Notes under the pieces: model-generated
Told to the model about the DNA's origin: nothing
The model's input: only the letters and a program-made list of their open reading frames with translations
Databases searched by the model: none
From: an uncultured Acidobacteriota bacterium
GTDB lineage: Bacteria; Acidobacteriota; Polarisedimenticolia; J045
Assembly (NCBI GenBank): GCA_963702425.1
Contig: CAVPCQ010000006.1
Location: 192,001 to 256,000, forward strand
Direction: 5' to 3'
Length of the DNA: 64,000 bases
Made by a program: the position numbers and the translations under genes
Part shown: piece after piece, positions 48,843-60,959 of the stretch
How the letters are laid out: each line of letters opens with the position of its first letter
How positions within the stretch are numbered: the stretch's first letter is position 1

Positions 48843-50675
48843 TCACGCGCCCCGCTCGCCTTCCGCCGGCGCAGACTGCCGCCCCGCCAGCGCCTCCCGC
48901 ACCTTCCGCGCCCGCGCCTTCCCGACCGCCGCCGCCAGCGCCTCCTCGCTCGCCGCCCGCACCCCGTCCAGCGACCCGAACTGCTCCAGCAGCCGCCGCG
49001 CGGTGAGCGCGCCGATCCCCGGCAGCTCGGTCAGCTCGCTCTGGAAGGTCCGCTTGCTGCGGGCCGCGCGGTGGTGCTTGACCGCGAAGCGGTGGGCCTC
49101 GTCGCGGATCTGCTGGACCAGGTGCAGCGCCGGGTCGCCGCGCTCGAGCAGGATCGGCTCGCCGCGCCCCTCGAGGAAGATCTCCTCCTCGCGCTTGGCG
49201 AGCGAGATGATCGGCAGGCTGCCCAGGCCCAGCTCGCCGAGCGCCGCGATCGCGGCCCCGAGCTGCCCCTTGCCGCCGTCGATCAGCACCAGGTCCGGCA
49301 GGCGCTTCCCTTCGCGCTGGATCCGGGCGTAGCGCCGGCCGACGACCTCGCGCATCGCCTGGTAGTCGTCGCCCGCCGCCGCGGTGCGCACCTTGAAGAT
49401 CCGGTAGTCGGCCTTCTTCGGCTTGCCGCCCTCGAACGCGACCATCGACGCCCGCGGCTCGGTCCCGTGGAGGTGGCTGACATCGAACCCCTCGATCCGG
49501 AACGGCGGCTCGTCGAGCCCCAGCACGTCGCGCAGTTCCTCGAGCATCTGGACGCCGTGGACGTGGGTCGTGCGGAAGCGGGCCTCGAAGGCCAGCTTCG
49601 CGTTCTGGGCGACCAGGTCGAGAAAGCGCCGCTTGTCCCCCTGCACCGGGGCCCGCAGCACCACCTTTCCCCCGCGCCGCCCGCGCAGGAACTCCTCGAT
49701 CAGCGCCGCCTCGCGCGGCAGCCGCGGCAGGACGATCTCCGGCGCCGGCTCCTGGTCGGCGTAGAACTGCGGCAGGATCGCGTCGTAGAACGCCTCCGGC
49801 TCCGGGGCGTCGGCCAGCGTGAACTCGCGCCGGCCGAGGATCCGGCCCTCGCGCATCCGGAACAGCTCGACCGCCGCGCGATCCCCCTCGCGGTACTCGG
49901 CCCAGAAATCGATCGCTTCCAGCCCGACGGAAGTCATCTGCTGGCGCGCGGCGAGCGTCTCGAGCGCGCCGAGCATGTCGCGGTAGCGCGCCGCGCGCTC
50001 GAACTCCAGCGCCGCGGACGCGGCCGCCATGCGCTCTTCCAGGACCGCCCGCAGCTCGGCGTCGCGCCCCTCGAGGAACAGCTTCGCCTGCTGGACCTGC
50101 TCGCGGTACTGGGCCGGGTCGGCGTGCCCGGCGCAGGGGGCCAGGCACTGGTCCATGTGGTAGAGCAGGCAGGGGCGCTGCTTGCCGTCGAAGCGCAGGT
50201 AGCAGTTCGCGACCTGGAAGAAGCGCGGGATCATCCGCAGCGTGCGCCGCGCGGCGCTGGCCGGCAGGAACGGGCCGAAGTAGAGCTGGCCGTCCGTCCG
50301 CGGCCGGCGAACCAGCACGACCCGCGGGAACTCGTCCTGCACCGTCAGCTTGAGGTAGGGGAAATTCTTGTCGTCGCGCAGCAGGACGTTGTAGGGCGGG
50401 CGGTGCTCCTTGATCAGGTTGTTCTCGAGGATCAGCGCCTCGACCTCGCTGCGCGTCACGATCACGTCGAGGTCCCGGACCTGCTCGACCATCGCCGCGA
50501 TCCGCACCTCGTGCTTCGCCGACTCCTGGAAGTAGCTCCGCACGCGGCTCTTCAGCGACAGCGCCTTGCCGACGTAGAGGATCTTCCCCGCCCCGTCCCA
50601 GTAGCGGTAGACGCCGGGCTGCTCGGGCAGGCGGCCGAGCGCCTCGACCAGGCGGGCCGGGAGGTCCTCGCGCAC
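48843..50675 (-). CDS. uvrC: Excinuclease ABC subunit C
   Basis: PGVY...YVGKA.SLKSRVRSYF, EALILENNLIK..PPYN..LRDDKNFPY, RIEGFDVSH, DDY.AMREV, PDLVLIDGGKGQL, RDEAHRFA, HhH. Confidence 0.97.
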   Translation of the reverse strand: MREDLPARLVEALGRLPEQPGVYRYWDGAGKILYVGKALSLKSRVRSYFQESAKHEVRIAAMVEQVRDLDVIVTRSEVEALILENNLIKEHRPPYNVLLRDDKNFPYLKLTVQDEFPRVVLVRRPRTDGQLYFGPFLPASAARRTLRMIPRFFQVANCYLRFDGKQRPCLLYHMDQCLAPCAGHADPAQYREQVQQAKLFLEGRDAELRAVLEERMAAASAALEFERAARYRDMLGALETLAARQQMTSVGLEAIDFWAEYREGDRAAVELFRMREGRILGRREFTLADAPEPEAFYDAILPQFYADQEPAPEIVLPRLPREAALIEEFLRGRRGGKVVLRAPVQGDKRRFLDLVAQNAKLAFEARFRTTHVHGVQMLEELRDVLGLDEPPFRIEGFDVSHLHGTEPRASMVAFEGGKPKKADYRIFKVRTAAAGDDYQAMREVVGRRYARIQREGKRLPDLVLIDGGKGQLGAAIAALGELGLGSLPIISLAKREEEIFLEGRGEPILLERGDPALHLVQQIRDEAHRFAVKHHRAARSKRTFQSELTELPGIGALTARRLLEQFGSLDGVRAASEEALAAAVGKARARKVREALAGRQSAPAEGERGA

Positions 50676-50676
50676 C

Positions 50677-52673
<1,997 letters not shown>

Positions 52674-52674
<1 letters not shown>

Positions 52675-54209
52675 CAGGTGGCCGCGCGGCGGAACCGCTC
52701 GGCGACCTTGTCGGGGCCGAGGATCTCGATGAACGCCCCGGCGCGCGGGCCGCGCGCGCGGCCGATCAGCGCCGCGTAGACCGCCTCGAAGCCGCGCTTC
52801 GCGCCCGGGCCGCCCGCTTCGTTGGCCAGGTCGCGGATCGCGTCCTGGATCGCGTCGGCCGTCGCCAGCGCCGGCAGCGCCTCGGCCAGCCGCCCGAGGA
52901 ACGCGCGCTGCGCGGCGTCGAGCCCGGCGACCGCGGCCGGCAGCTCCTCCGGCACCTCGACCCGCGCCTCCTCGGGCGCGAAGCGGTCGAGCCAGTAGCG
53001 GGCCATCGCCATCCGCTCGGCGACGGCCGCGCGGTCCAGCGGCCCGTACCCGCCCCGCTCGAGCAGGCCCAGCGTGCGGTCGAGGTCGAAGCCCGTGATC
53101 TGCGCCACCAGCACGAGGTGGTGGAACGGGACGCCGACGGGCGTGAAGCCCGCCGCGCGCGACAGTTCGAGCGCCCGGCTGTCGACCCCCGCGGCCGAGG
53201 CGTCGTCGACCTCGTCGACCAGCCGCAGGAACGGCATCCCGGGGTCGAACTGGATCGAGCGCTGGGGCCGGTTCCTGAGCACGACGTAGCGCAGGACCTC
53301 GGGGGGCGCGACGTGCAGCAGCTCGTCGGCGGCCAGGACGTTCCCCTTGGAGGACGACATGTCCCCCTGGCCCTTCAGCGCGATCCACTCGTAGACGATC
53401 GGGTGCGGCGGCTCGATCCCGAAGATCTCGCGCGCGATCCGCTCACCCGTGTCGTAGCTGCCGCCCCGGCTGGCGTGATCCTTCCCGAACGGCTCGACCG
53501 AGACCCCGAGCGCCTTCCAGCGCGCCGCCCAGTCGACCCGCCAGGTCAGCTTGCCGCCGCCGGCCGGCGACTGTTCGCTTTCCTCCCCGCAGGCTCCGCA
53601 ACGCGATCGGACCCGCTTCCGGCTTCGATCGAAATCGAGCACCTCCCCCCGGTCCAGCCGGCCGCACTGGGAGCAGAGCGGGTTCCAGGGCGACCAGCCG
53701 GCCTTGACCTCTTCCTTGCCGGTCACTTCCTGCAGGATCGCGGCGATCCGGTCCTGGTTCTCGAGGGCGGTGAAGGCGACGTCGTCCATCGCCCCGCTCG
53801 CATAGAGCTGGTGCGCCCGGACGACCTCACAGTCGACGTGGAGGCGGCCGAGCGCGGCGAGGAACGGGCGCAGGTAGTAGTCGGCGTAGCTCCCCTCCCC
53901 GTCGGGCGCGGGGATCCGGAAGAGCGGCTTGCCGAGCAGCGGGGCGTAGGCCTGCTCGTCCAGCAGCTTGTGGACCTTGCGCAGCGGATCGAGGTCGTCG
54001 ACCACGAACACCAGTCGCGCCGGCGCGCCGCGGTCGCGCAGCGCGCGGGCCACGGCGTCGCCGGTCAGGATCTCGCGCAGGTGGCCGACGTGGAAGACGC
54101 CCGAGGGCGAGATGCCGGTGGCGATGACGGGAGCCACGCTGCCGCGGGCCAGCACCTCGTCGGCGACGCGATCGGCCCAGTGGGGCTCGGGAGCGGGGGT
54201 CTCGGACAT
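52674..54209 (-). CDS. lysS: Class I lysyl-tRNA synthetase
   Basis: [20 protein letters not shown] (HIGH-like), [35 protein letters not shown] (KMSKS-like), GPRAG.F. Confidence 0.95.
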
Positions 54210-54418
54210 CGGAAAGGGTCCCCTCGACGCTGGAAAGCGGAGAAGAATAGACCCGATTTCGCTCCTCCACCGGCACGGCGCTTGATCCCCCGGCGGAGAT
54301 TTGGTTTGCTAGGGGCCGCGCGAGGGGCGCGCCGACCGATCGAGCCATGGCACGGGCCGCCAGACGGCCGGGGAGAGTGTGGTTTGTCCGAAGCGAGCTC
54401 CTTCGAAGGAGACCATCG

Positions 54419-55078
54419 TTGCTGACCTTGCGCCAGGCTGCCGAGCGGACCGGAATGTCGGCGACCACGCTCCGCCGCTACATCAAGGCCGGACGCCTGC
54501 GCGCCCGGCTGGTGCCGGGCCGCTACGGGCCGGAGTACGTCGTCGAACTCGACGAGCTGCGTCACGCCGGGCTCTGGGACGGCACCAGCGAGCCGCCAGC
54601 AGCGGCCCCGGCACGGACCATGGCCGTCGCCGCGCCCGGCGTGCCGAGCGGCGCTGCCGGGTCGGCGCTCGTCGTCCCCGTACCGCCGACCCCGCCGGCC
54701 GTCGCCACCGAAGGGGTCCCGCTGACGATCTTCCGGGAGCTGCTCATGAAGCACGAGCAGCTGCTGGTCCAGTACGGGATGCTGCGGGTCAGCGGACAGC
54801 AGGTTCACGAGGTCCGGCGCGACGCCGAGCGCAAGGCGGCGGACGCGGCGAGGACGGCGGACGAGCTGGGCCGGATCCGCGATCGGCACGCCAAGGAGAT
54901 CGGGCTGCTCAAGGCCCGGCTGCGCCAGGCCGAGCTGCTGCTGGCCGAACGCGAGGACGAGATCCGCCGCTTGATGCAGGAACTCCAGCGCCAGGAGATG
55001 GCGGTCCGCAACGCCGGCCGGGTGGGCGCGATCGACGCCGAGTTCCAGCGCGCCTTCCTGCGTTCCGCGGATCACTGA
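54419..55078 (+). CDS. HTH (MerR/excisionase-like) DNA-binding protein with C-terminal coiled coil
   Basis: AAGGAG SD then TTG; LTLRQAAERTGMSATTLRRYIKAGRLRA; Pro/Ala linker; heptad-rich C-terminus. Confidence 0.75.
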   Translation: MLTLRQAAERTGMSATTLRRYIKAGRLRARLVPGRYGPEYVVELDELRHAGLWDGTSEPPAAAPARTMAVAAPGVPSGAAGSALVVPVPPTPPAVATEGVPLTIFRELLMKHEQLLVQYGMLRVSGQQVHEVRRDAERKAADAARTADELGRIRDRHAKEIGLLKARLRQAELLLAEREDEIRRLMQELQRQEMAVRNAGRVGAIDAEFQRAFLRSADH

Positions 55079-55129
55079 GGGGCCGCCGCCGCATCGCCCG
55101 TCGGGGCCGCGACGATCGGCCGGTCCGAG

Positions 55130-55810
55130 CTAGCGGCTGGCTTCGGCGAAGCGCGCCGTCCGCAGTTCCTCGTGAGCCATCCGCGGCAACCCGGCCCGGC
55201 GCTGGAAGACGACCAGGCGCCACATCCCCAGCATGTTCACGCGGGCCTCACTCTCGACGTGGAGCGTCGGGAGGTCGAGGATCGTCTCGAGCGGCAGGTC
55301 GAGGCGGAAACCGACGCGATGGGTGAGCGGTGAGAGCTGCCGCTCGAGCCAGCGCGGGACCGGGTGCCGGCTCCCGAAATGGTTGAGGACGACGACCCGC
55401 CCACCGGGCTTGCAGACGCGAGCCATTTCGGCCACGACGCGCCGCGGCTCGGGCACGACCGACACCACGTAGGGGGCGAACACCGCATCGAAGGCGTCGT
55501 CCGGCGACGCGATGTGGGTGGCGTCCATTCGGACCAGGCCGACCGGGCGGCCGGGTCCCAGCTTCGTGCGACGGCCGTCGGCCTCGCGCAGCATCGGCGC
55601 CGAAAGGTCGATTCCGACCACCCGCACGCCGCGCGGGTACATCGGCAGCGTCAGGCCGGTGCCGACCCCCACCTCGAGCACGCGCTGCCCGGCCTCGAGG
55701 CCGAGCGCCTCGAAGGCCAGGCGCCGCCCCTCGCGGAACACCTGGTCGAAGAGCACGTCGTACACGCCGGCGCATCTGTTGTAGAACCGGGAGACGGCCT
55801 TGGTGTTCAT
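55130..55810 (-). CDS. Class I SAM methyltransferase, phosphatidylethanolamine N-methyltransferase (PmtA)-like
   Basis: YDVLF, VLEVGVGTGL.LP.Y, GIDLS..ML, MDA, YVVSVVPEP, RVCKPGG.VV.LNHF. Confidence 0.8.
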   Translation of the reverse strand: MNTKAVSRFYNRCAGVYDVLFDQVFREGRRLAFEALGLEAGQRVLEVGVGTGLTLPMYPRGVRVVGIDLSAPMLREADGRRTKLGPGRPVGLVRMDATHIASPDDAFDAVFAPYVVSVVPEPRRVVAEMARVCKPGGRVVVLNHFGSRHPVPRWLERQLSPLTHRVGFRLDLPLETILDLPTLHVESEARVNMLGMWRLVVFQRRAGLPRMAHEELRTARFAEASR

Positions 55811-55948
55811 CCACCCTCCGGACGCAAACGACTCCGGCGCACGGCAGCCCGCGCGTCACGCCCACGGCGGGGAGATGCTAGCACGCCCCGAACCGCGGGA
55901 CGGTCTGCCCGTAGCGCCCTATAATCGCCGCCCTTCCCGGAGATCCGG

Positions 55949-57076
55949 ATGCCCCAACTCACGGAAGACGAGGTCCGACAGGCCCTCGCGCGAGTCCCCT
56001 ACCCCGGGTTCTCGCGCGACATCGTGTCTTTCGGGATGGTCCGCTCGATCGCGGTCGAGGGGGACCGGGTCCTGATCGGGCTGCTCCTGACGACTCCCGA
56101 TGCCACCGTCGCCGACCGGGTCCGCGCAGCAGTCGTCGCCGCGGTGTCGGCGTTGCCGGGGGCCGGCACGGTCGAGGTCCAGCTCCAGCGGCAGGGGCCG
56201 GCCCGCCTGCCGGCGGCCGGCGACGCTCCCTCCGCCGCGGCGACCACGGCACCCGCCGGTCCGCGGGCGACGAACATCCTCGGGGTGGCGTCCGGCAAGG
56301 GCGGCGTCGGCAAGAGCACGGTGGCGGTGAACCTCGCCGCCTCCCTCGCCCGCATGGGCCGGCGCGTCGGATACCTCGACGCGGACGTCCACGGCCCCTC
56401 GGCCCCGCTGATGTTCGGCCTCGAGGGTCAGAAGCCGTTCGCCGGGGAAGACGGCCGCCCGAGCCCGATCGAGGCGCACGGCGTCCGGATCATGTCGATG
56501 GGCTTTTTCGTCGAGCGCGAGAACGCCGTGATCTGGCGCGGCCCGATCGTCGGCAACTTCATCCGGCAACTGCTGCTGGAGGTCGACTGGGGCGAGCTCG
56601 ACGACCTCGTGATCGACTTCCCGCCCGGCACCGGCGACGCCCAGCTGACGATCTCGCAGACCATCAAGATGACCGGCGCGCTGATCGTCACGACCCCCAA
56701 CGAGCTCGCGCTGATCGATGCGCTCAAGGCGATCGCGATGTTCCGAAAGGTCGAGATCCCGGTCCTCGGCCTGGTCGAGAACATGGCCTGGTTCGAGTGC
56801 CCACACTGCCAGGAGCGGACCGACATCTTCGGCCGCGGGCGCGTCGAACGCGCCAGCGCCGAGCAGGCGGTGCCGATCCTCGGCCGGATCCCGATCGACC
56901 CGCAGGTCGTCGCCGAATCCGACGCCGGGCTCCCCGTCGTCGTCGCTCGGCCCGACAGCGCGATCGCGCGGGCCTACACCGCGATCGCCCAGGCGACGCT
57001 GGCGGCCGCCTCGGGTGGGCCGCCCGCGCGCCCGCGGGGGCTGGGCGCGTTTTTCGACCGCTTCGGAAAGGGATAG
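55949..57076 (+). CDS. mrp: Mrp/ApbC (NBP35) Fe-S cluster carrier ATPase
   Basis: DUF59-like N-terminus; VASGKGGVGKSTVAVNLA, DADVHGPS, WRGP, DFPPGTGD, GLVENMAWFECPHC. Confidence 0.94.
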   Translation: MPQLTEDEVRQALARVPYPGFSRDIVSFGMVRSIAVEGDRVLIGLLLTTPDATVADRVRAAVVAAVSALPGAGTVEVQLQRQGPARLPAAGDAPSAAATTAPAGPRATNILGVASGKGGVGKSTVAVNLAASLARMGRRVGYLDADVHGPSAPLMFGLEGQKPFAGEDGRPSPIEAHGVRIMSMGFFVERENAVIWRGPIVGNFIRQLLLEVDWGELDDLVIDFPPGTGDAQLTISQTIKMTGALIVTTPNELALIDALKAIAMFRKVEIPVLGLVENMAWFECPHCQERTDIFGRGRVERASAEQAVPILGRIPIDPQVVAESDAGLPVVVARPDSAIARAYTAIAQATLAAASGGPPARPRGLGAFFDRFGKG

Positions 57077-57082
57077 ACCGCG

Positions 57083-58057
57083 ATGCCGTACGCGCACACC
57101 GGACCCCCCGCACACGCTCGCCACGCCCTGCTGGTCGCTGTCGCGTTCTGCACGGCCTCGCTGGCCGGGCTGGCTCCGGCCCCGGCCCAACAGCCCCCGG
57201 CGGCGGCGACCCCGCCGGCACCGCCGCAGCCCTCGCTCGCGACGCAGGAGGCGTTCCGAGCGCGGCTGGTCGGGGTCTCGGGCCCCAATCAGCGGGGCGA
57301 GCGTATTGCCGAAATCGCGCTCGTCGAGCGGCCGGGCGGCGAACTCCAGCAGATGGTCGATGCGGCGCTCGACCAGGAGATCCGCGAGGCCCAGGGGGCG
57401 CTGCGTCGGATCTTTCTCACCGGCGACGAGACCGCGCGGGTCGGTGTGATTCAGCTCTATGCCCGCCACTGGCGCTACGTATTCGGGGTCGGCTTCGATC
57501 CCGCCTTCATCGACACCGTGCGGCGCGGACTCGCGGACCCGAGCGCGAAGGTCCGGCGGGCGACGATCACCTTCACCGCCGAGAACCATCTCCCGCGGAT
57601 CGCCAACTTCGTGATCGATGCCGCCGAAGCCGACCCGACCCTGACGCTCGGGGCGCTGCTCTCGATCGAGCAGAGCCGCGACCCGATCGGCGCGCGGTGG
57701 GTGGTGGGCAATATCGCCGATCCGGACCCCGCGATCCGCGACGCGGCGCGCCTCGCCTGCGTGCCGATGGAGCGCCGGGCGGCGTTCCTGCTGCGGGTCA
57801 TGGCGGACAGCCCCGACGCGAAGGTCCGCCGGGCCGGAATCGAGGGGCTGCTCGCTGTGGCCACCAGCGACGATCGGGACTTCCTCGCAAGCTGGCTCGA
57901 GAAGGACACCGCCGCACCCCTCACCCTTCGCGACGCGGTCCTCAGCGCACTGGCGCAGCTCGAGATCGGGACCTACCGGCCGACGCTGCCTCCGCGGCCT
58001 CCGCTCACGTTCGCGCCGGTGGGTCGCCGCACGCCGACTCTTCCGATGCCGAACTGA
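57083..58057 (+). CDS. Exported HEAT-repeat protein
   Basis: Signal peptide; repeats GLADPSAKVRRA, IADPDPAIRDAA, ADSPDAKVRRAG. Confidence 0.65.
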   Translation: MPYAHTGPPAHARHALLVAVAFCTASLAGLAPAPAQQPPAAATPPAPPQPSLATQEAFRARLVGVSGPNQRGERIAEIALVERPGGELQQMVDAALDQEIREAQGALRRIFLTGDETARVGVIQLYARHWRYVFGVGFDPAFIDTVRRGLADPSAKVRRATITFTAENHLPRIANFVIDAAEADPTLTLGALLSIEQSRDPIGARWVVGNIADPDPAIRDAARLACVPMERRAAFLLRVMADSPDAKVRRAGIEGLLAVATSDDRDFLASWLEKDTAAPLTLRDAVLSALAQLEIGTYRPTLPPRPPLTFAPVGRRTPTLPMPN

Positions 58058-59189
58058 GCCGCGCCGCGATCGTCTCGAGCGCTGCGGTGAGCAGGCCGTC
58101 CTCCTGCGCGTAGCTGATCCGCAGCCAGTCCGGCGCGGTCGTCCCGAACGCCTCGCCCGGGATCACGACGATTCGGTCCTCCGCCATCAGGCGGCGCGCG
58201 AAAGCCATCCCGCCCCCCGCCGCCGAGGCGTCGACCCAGGCATAGAACGCCCCCTCCAGCGGCGCCATGCGGAGCGCCGGCCGGCCGCCGAGGATCCGCT
58301 CGACCAGGTCACGGCGGCGGCGGAAGACGGCGCGCACCGCGCGCGCCGCGCCCTCCCCCTCCGGCGTGAAGGCGACACGCGCGGCACGCTGCGTCGGCGT
58401 CGGGGCGCAGGTGAGGAGCGTCTGCTGCAGCGCGACGACACGCGCCATGAACTCGGCGTCGGGCGACACGACCCAGCCCAGCCGCCAGCCCGTCAACGCG
58501 ACCGACTTCGACAGCCCGCCGCAGACCACCACGTGCGGCAGCGGCGCGTCCGGTGCACCGGCCGCGTCGCCGTCCGTGAGCCAGTGAAGGCTGCGATAGG
58601 TGTCGTCGACGATCAGTGCGATCCCGCGGCGGGCGGTCTCCTCGGTCAACCGCGCGAGGCTCTCGGCCGGCTCGACCGTCCCGGTGGGGTTCGAGGGCGT
58701 GATCACCACCAGCGCGCGGGTGCGCGGCGTGATCAGCCCCAGGACCTCGTCGAGCTCGAGGTGAAAACCCCGCTCGGCGCGCAGCGGATAGAAGCGCGGC
58801 GTCGCGCTCCAGGTCTGGGCCGCGCGCAGCGCCCCGGGGAAGGCCGGGTCGGGCAGCAGCACTTCGTCCCCGGGGTCGACCAGGCAGCCCAGCGCAACGA
58901 ACGTCGCCTGCTGGCACCCGACCGTGATCACGACGTCTCCCGCGCCGCGCGCGAACGGCGCGTACGAGGCCGCGACGCGCTCGCGCAGCACGCCGTCGCC
59001 CGCGGTGGGCCCGTATCCCGAGGGCCCCTCGGACGCGGCGCGCGCCAGCGCCTCGCGCAGCAGCTCGGGCGGCTCGAGGTCGGGCTGGCCGAGCCCGAGG
59101 TTGAGCGCGTCGGGCGGCGCCGACTCGAACAGCTCGCGGATCAGCGTGCGCTTGAGCCCGGCGACGCGCTGCGCGATCCGCGGGCTCAC
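58005..59189 (-). CDS. PLP-dependent class I/II aminotransferase (candidate DapC)
   Basis: NLGLGQPD, PSNPTG, DDTY, GLSKSVALTGWRLGW, GAFY, PGEAFG, LRISY; last gene of the dap operon. Confidence 0.88.
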   Translation of the reverse strand: MSPRIAQRVAGLKRTLIRELFESAPPDALNLGLGQPDLEPPELLREALARAASEGPSGYGPTAGDGVLRERVAASYAPFARGAGDVVITVGCQQATFVALGCLVDPGDEVLLPDPAFPGALRAAQTWSATPRFYPLRAERGFHLELDEVLGLITPRTRALVVITPSNPTGTVEPAESLARLTEETARRGIALIVDDTYRSLHWLTDGDAAGAPDAPLPHVVVCGGLSKSVALTGWRLGWVVSPDAEFMARVVALQQTLLTCAPTPTQRAARVAFTPEGEGAARAVRAVFRRRRDLVERILGGRPALRMAPLEGAFYAWVDASAAGGGMAFARRLMAEDRIVVIPGEAFGTTAPDWLRISYAQEDGLLTAALETIAARLSSASEESACGDPPART

Positions 59190-60040
59190 CGAAGCACCCC
59201 CTCGAGCGCGGCCCGCGCATCGGTCCCGGGGTCGCGGTCCTTGACGATGATCGCGCAGCCGGCCGACAGCCCCTGCTCGCGTGCCCAGGGATCGCCGACC
59301 GGCCGCGTGCCGGGGACGAGCACGGCCCGCGGCGGGATGCTGAGCGTGCCGTCCGCGCCGCCCCGCAGCACGCGTCGGCGCGGCAGGTCGTACACGGGCG
59401 TCGAGCGCGTGAGGATCACCCCCGCGCCGACGACGGTGCCGGTCCCCAGGCGCACGCCCTCCACCACCGCCGCCAGCGCGCCGACGAAGCAGTCGTCCTC
59501 GACGATCACCGGCATCGCCCCTGGCGGCTCGAGCACGCCACCGATCTGCACCCCCGCCGACAGGTGCACGCCGCTCCCGATCTGCGCGCACGACCCGACC
59601 AGCGCATGCGAGTCGACCATCGAGCCACCGGCGACGAAGGCCCCGACGTTCACGTAGCAGGGGGGCATCAGGATCGCCCCCGGGCCCACGTGCGCCCCGC
59701 GCCGCACGGCGCTGCCGCCGGCGACGACGCGCACCCCGGGCATGCTCTCGACCGGGCGCGGCGGGTAGGCCTGCTTGTCGCGGAAGCCGAGCGGCCCGGC
59801 AGGCGGCAGCTCGATCACCTCCGAGAAGCGAAAGCCGAGCAGGATGCCGCGCTTGACCCACGGGTGGACGGTCCACCCGACCTCGGGACCGGACTCGGGC
59901 GCCGGCGGCGTCGCCGCGCGTACCGTTCCGGCCTCGAGCCGGTCGAGCAGCTCGCCGACCGCGCGGCTCACGGCCGCGCGCGGGGCCGCCTCGCCCAGCT
60001 CCGCGAGCCGTTCGATCTCCGCCGCCAGCGCAGCGCTCAC
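59186..60040 (-). CDS. dapD: Tetrahydrodipicolinate N-succinyltransferase
   Basis: WVKRGILLGF, VRRGA, LMPPCYVNVGA, MVDSHALVGSCAQIG..VHLSAGVQIGGVLEP, VIVEDDCFVG, CAIIVK. Confidence 0.95.
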   Translation of the reverse strand: MSAALAAEIERLAELGEAAPRAAVSRAVGELLDRLEAGTVRAATPPAPESGPEVGWTVHPWVKRGILLGFRFSEVIELPPAGPLGFRDKQAYPPRPVESMPGVRVVAGGSAVRRGAHVGPGAILMPPCYVNVGAFVAGGSMVDSHALVGSCAQIGSGVHLSAGVQIGGVLEPPGAMPVIVEDDCFVGALAAVVEGVRLGTGTVVGAGVILTRSTPVYDLPRRRVLRGGADGTLSIPPRAVLVPGTRPVGDPWAREQGLSAGCAIIVKDRDPGTDARAALEGVLR

Positions 60041-60927
60041 GCCTTCACCGCGGCGCGCTCGAGGGCGCCCTTGAGACGGGCCACGGTGGCGTCGGCGGCG
60101 TGGGCCAGCGGCAGCCGGACCGTCCACTCGCACAACCCCAGCAGCGAGAGCGCCGCCTTGCACGGCACCGGGTTGGTTTCCGCGAAGAGCGCCCGGGTCA
60201 GCTCGAGCGTCCGGTAGTGCTCGCGGCACGCCGCGGCGACGTCACCGGCGAGCGCCGCCTCGGTCATCCGCACGCTGCCCGCCGGGTCGACGTTGGAGAG
60301 GACCGAGATCGCGCCCTCGCCGCCCATCAGGATCATCGGCACGTTCAGCTCGTCCTCGCCCGAGAGGACCGCGAAGCCGGGCCGCCGCCGGGCGACGATC
60401 GACATCGCCTGGCCGAGGTTCCCCGAGGCCTCCTTCACCGCGGCCACCCCCTCGATCTCCGCGATCCGCAGCACCAGCTCGGGCTGCGCATTGAGCCCGG
60501 TGCGGCCGGGCACGTTGTAGACGACGAGCGGCAATCCGCCCTCCTTCGCCACGGCGCGGTAGTGACCGACGAGCCCCTCCGGGTTGGGCTTGTTGTAGTA
60601 GGGGGTGACGACGAGCGCCGCGTCGGCGCCGAGCGACTTCGCGCGGCGGGTGCGCTCGATCGAGTGCGCGGTGCCGTTGGTGCCGGTCCCGGCCACGACC
60701 GGCACGCGCCCCGCCGCCAGCTCGACGGTGATCGCAATCACGCGCTCCCACTCCAGGTCGGACAGGACCGGCGTCTCGCCCGTCGTCCCGCAGGGGACGA
60801 GGCCGTGGATTCCCGCGTCGAGCTGTCGCCGCACCAGCCGCGCGAAGGCCTCCTCGTCCACCGACAGGTCCTGGCGGAATGGCGTGACGAGTGCCGTCAG
60901 CACGCCGCGAAGTGCTGTTCCGTTCAT
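60037..60927 (-). CDS. dapA: 4-hydroxy-tetrahydrodipicolinate synthase
   Basis: TALVTPF, CGTTGE, VTPYYNKP, YNVPGRTG, VKEASG, LSGED, ETNPVPCK. Confidence 0.97.
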   Translation of the reverse strand: MNGTALRGVLTALVTPFRQDLSVDEEAFARLVRRQLDAGIHGLVPCGTTGETPVLSDLEWERVIAITVELAAGRVPVVAGTGTNGTAHSIERTRRAKSLGADAALVVTPYYNKPNPEGLVGHYRAVAKEGGLPLVVYNVPGRTGLNAQPELVLRIAEIEGVAAVKEASGNLGQAMSIVARRRPGFAVLSGEDELNVPMILMGGEGAISVLSNVDPAGSVRMTEAALAGDVAAACREHYRTLELTRALFAETNPVPCKAALSLLGLCEWTVRLPLAHAADATVARLKGALERAAVKA

Positions 60928-60959
60928 CACAGGCTCCTTCCCGGCCGCTCCCGCGCCGC

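Noticed and set aside
54210-54418. Lysine riboswitch or T-box upstream of lysS
   Set aside because: No recognisable consensus; the region is short and shared with a divergent gene.
54419-55078. Excisionase indicating a prophage or integrative element
   Set aside because: No integrase, att repeats, tRNA target or phage genes nearby; the flanks are housekeeping genes.
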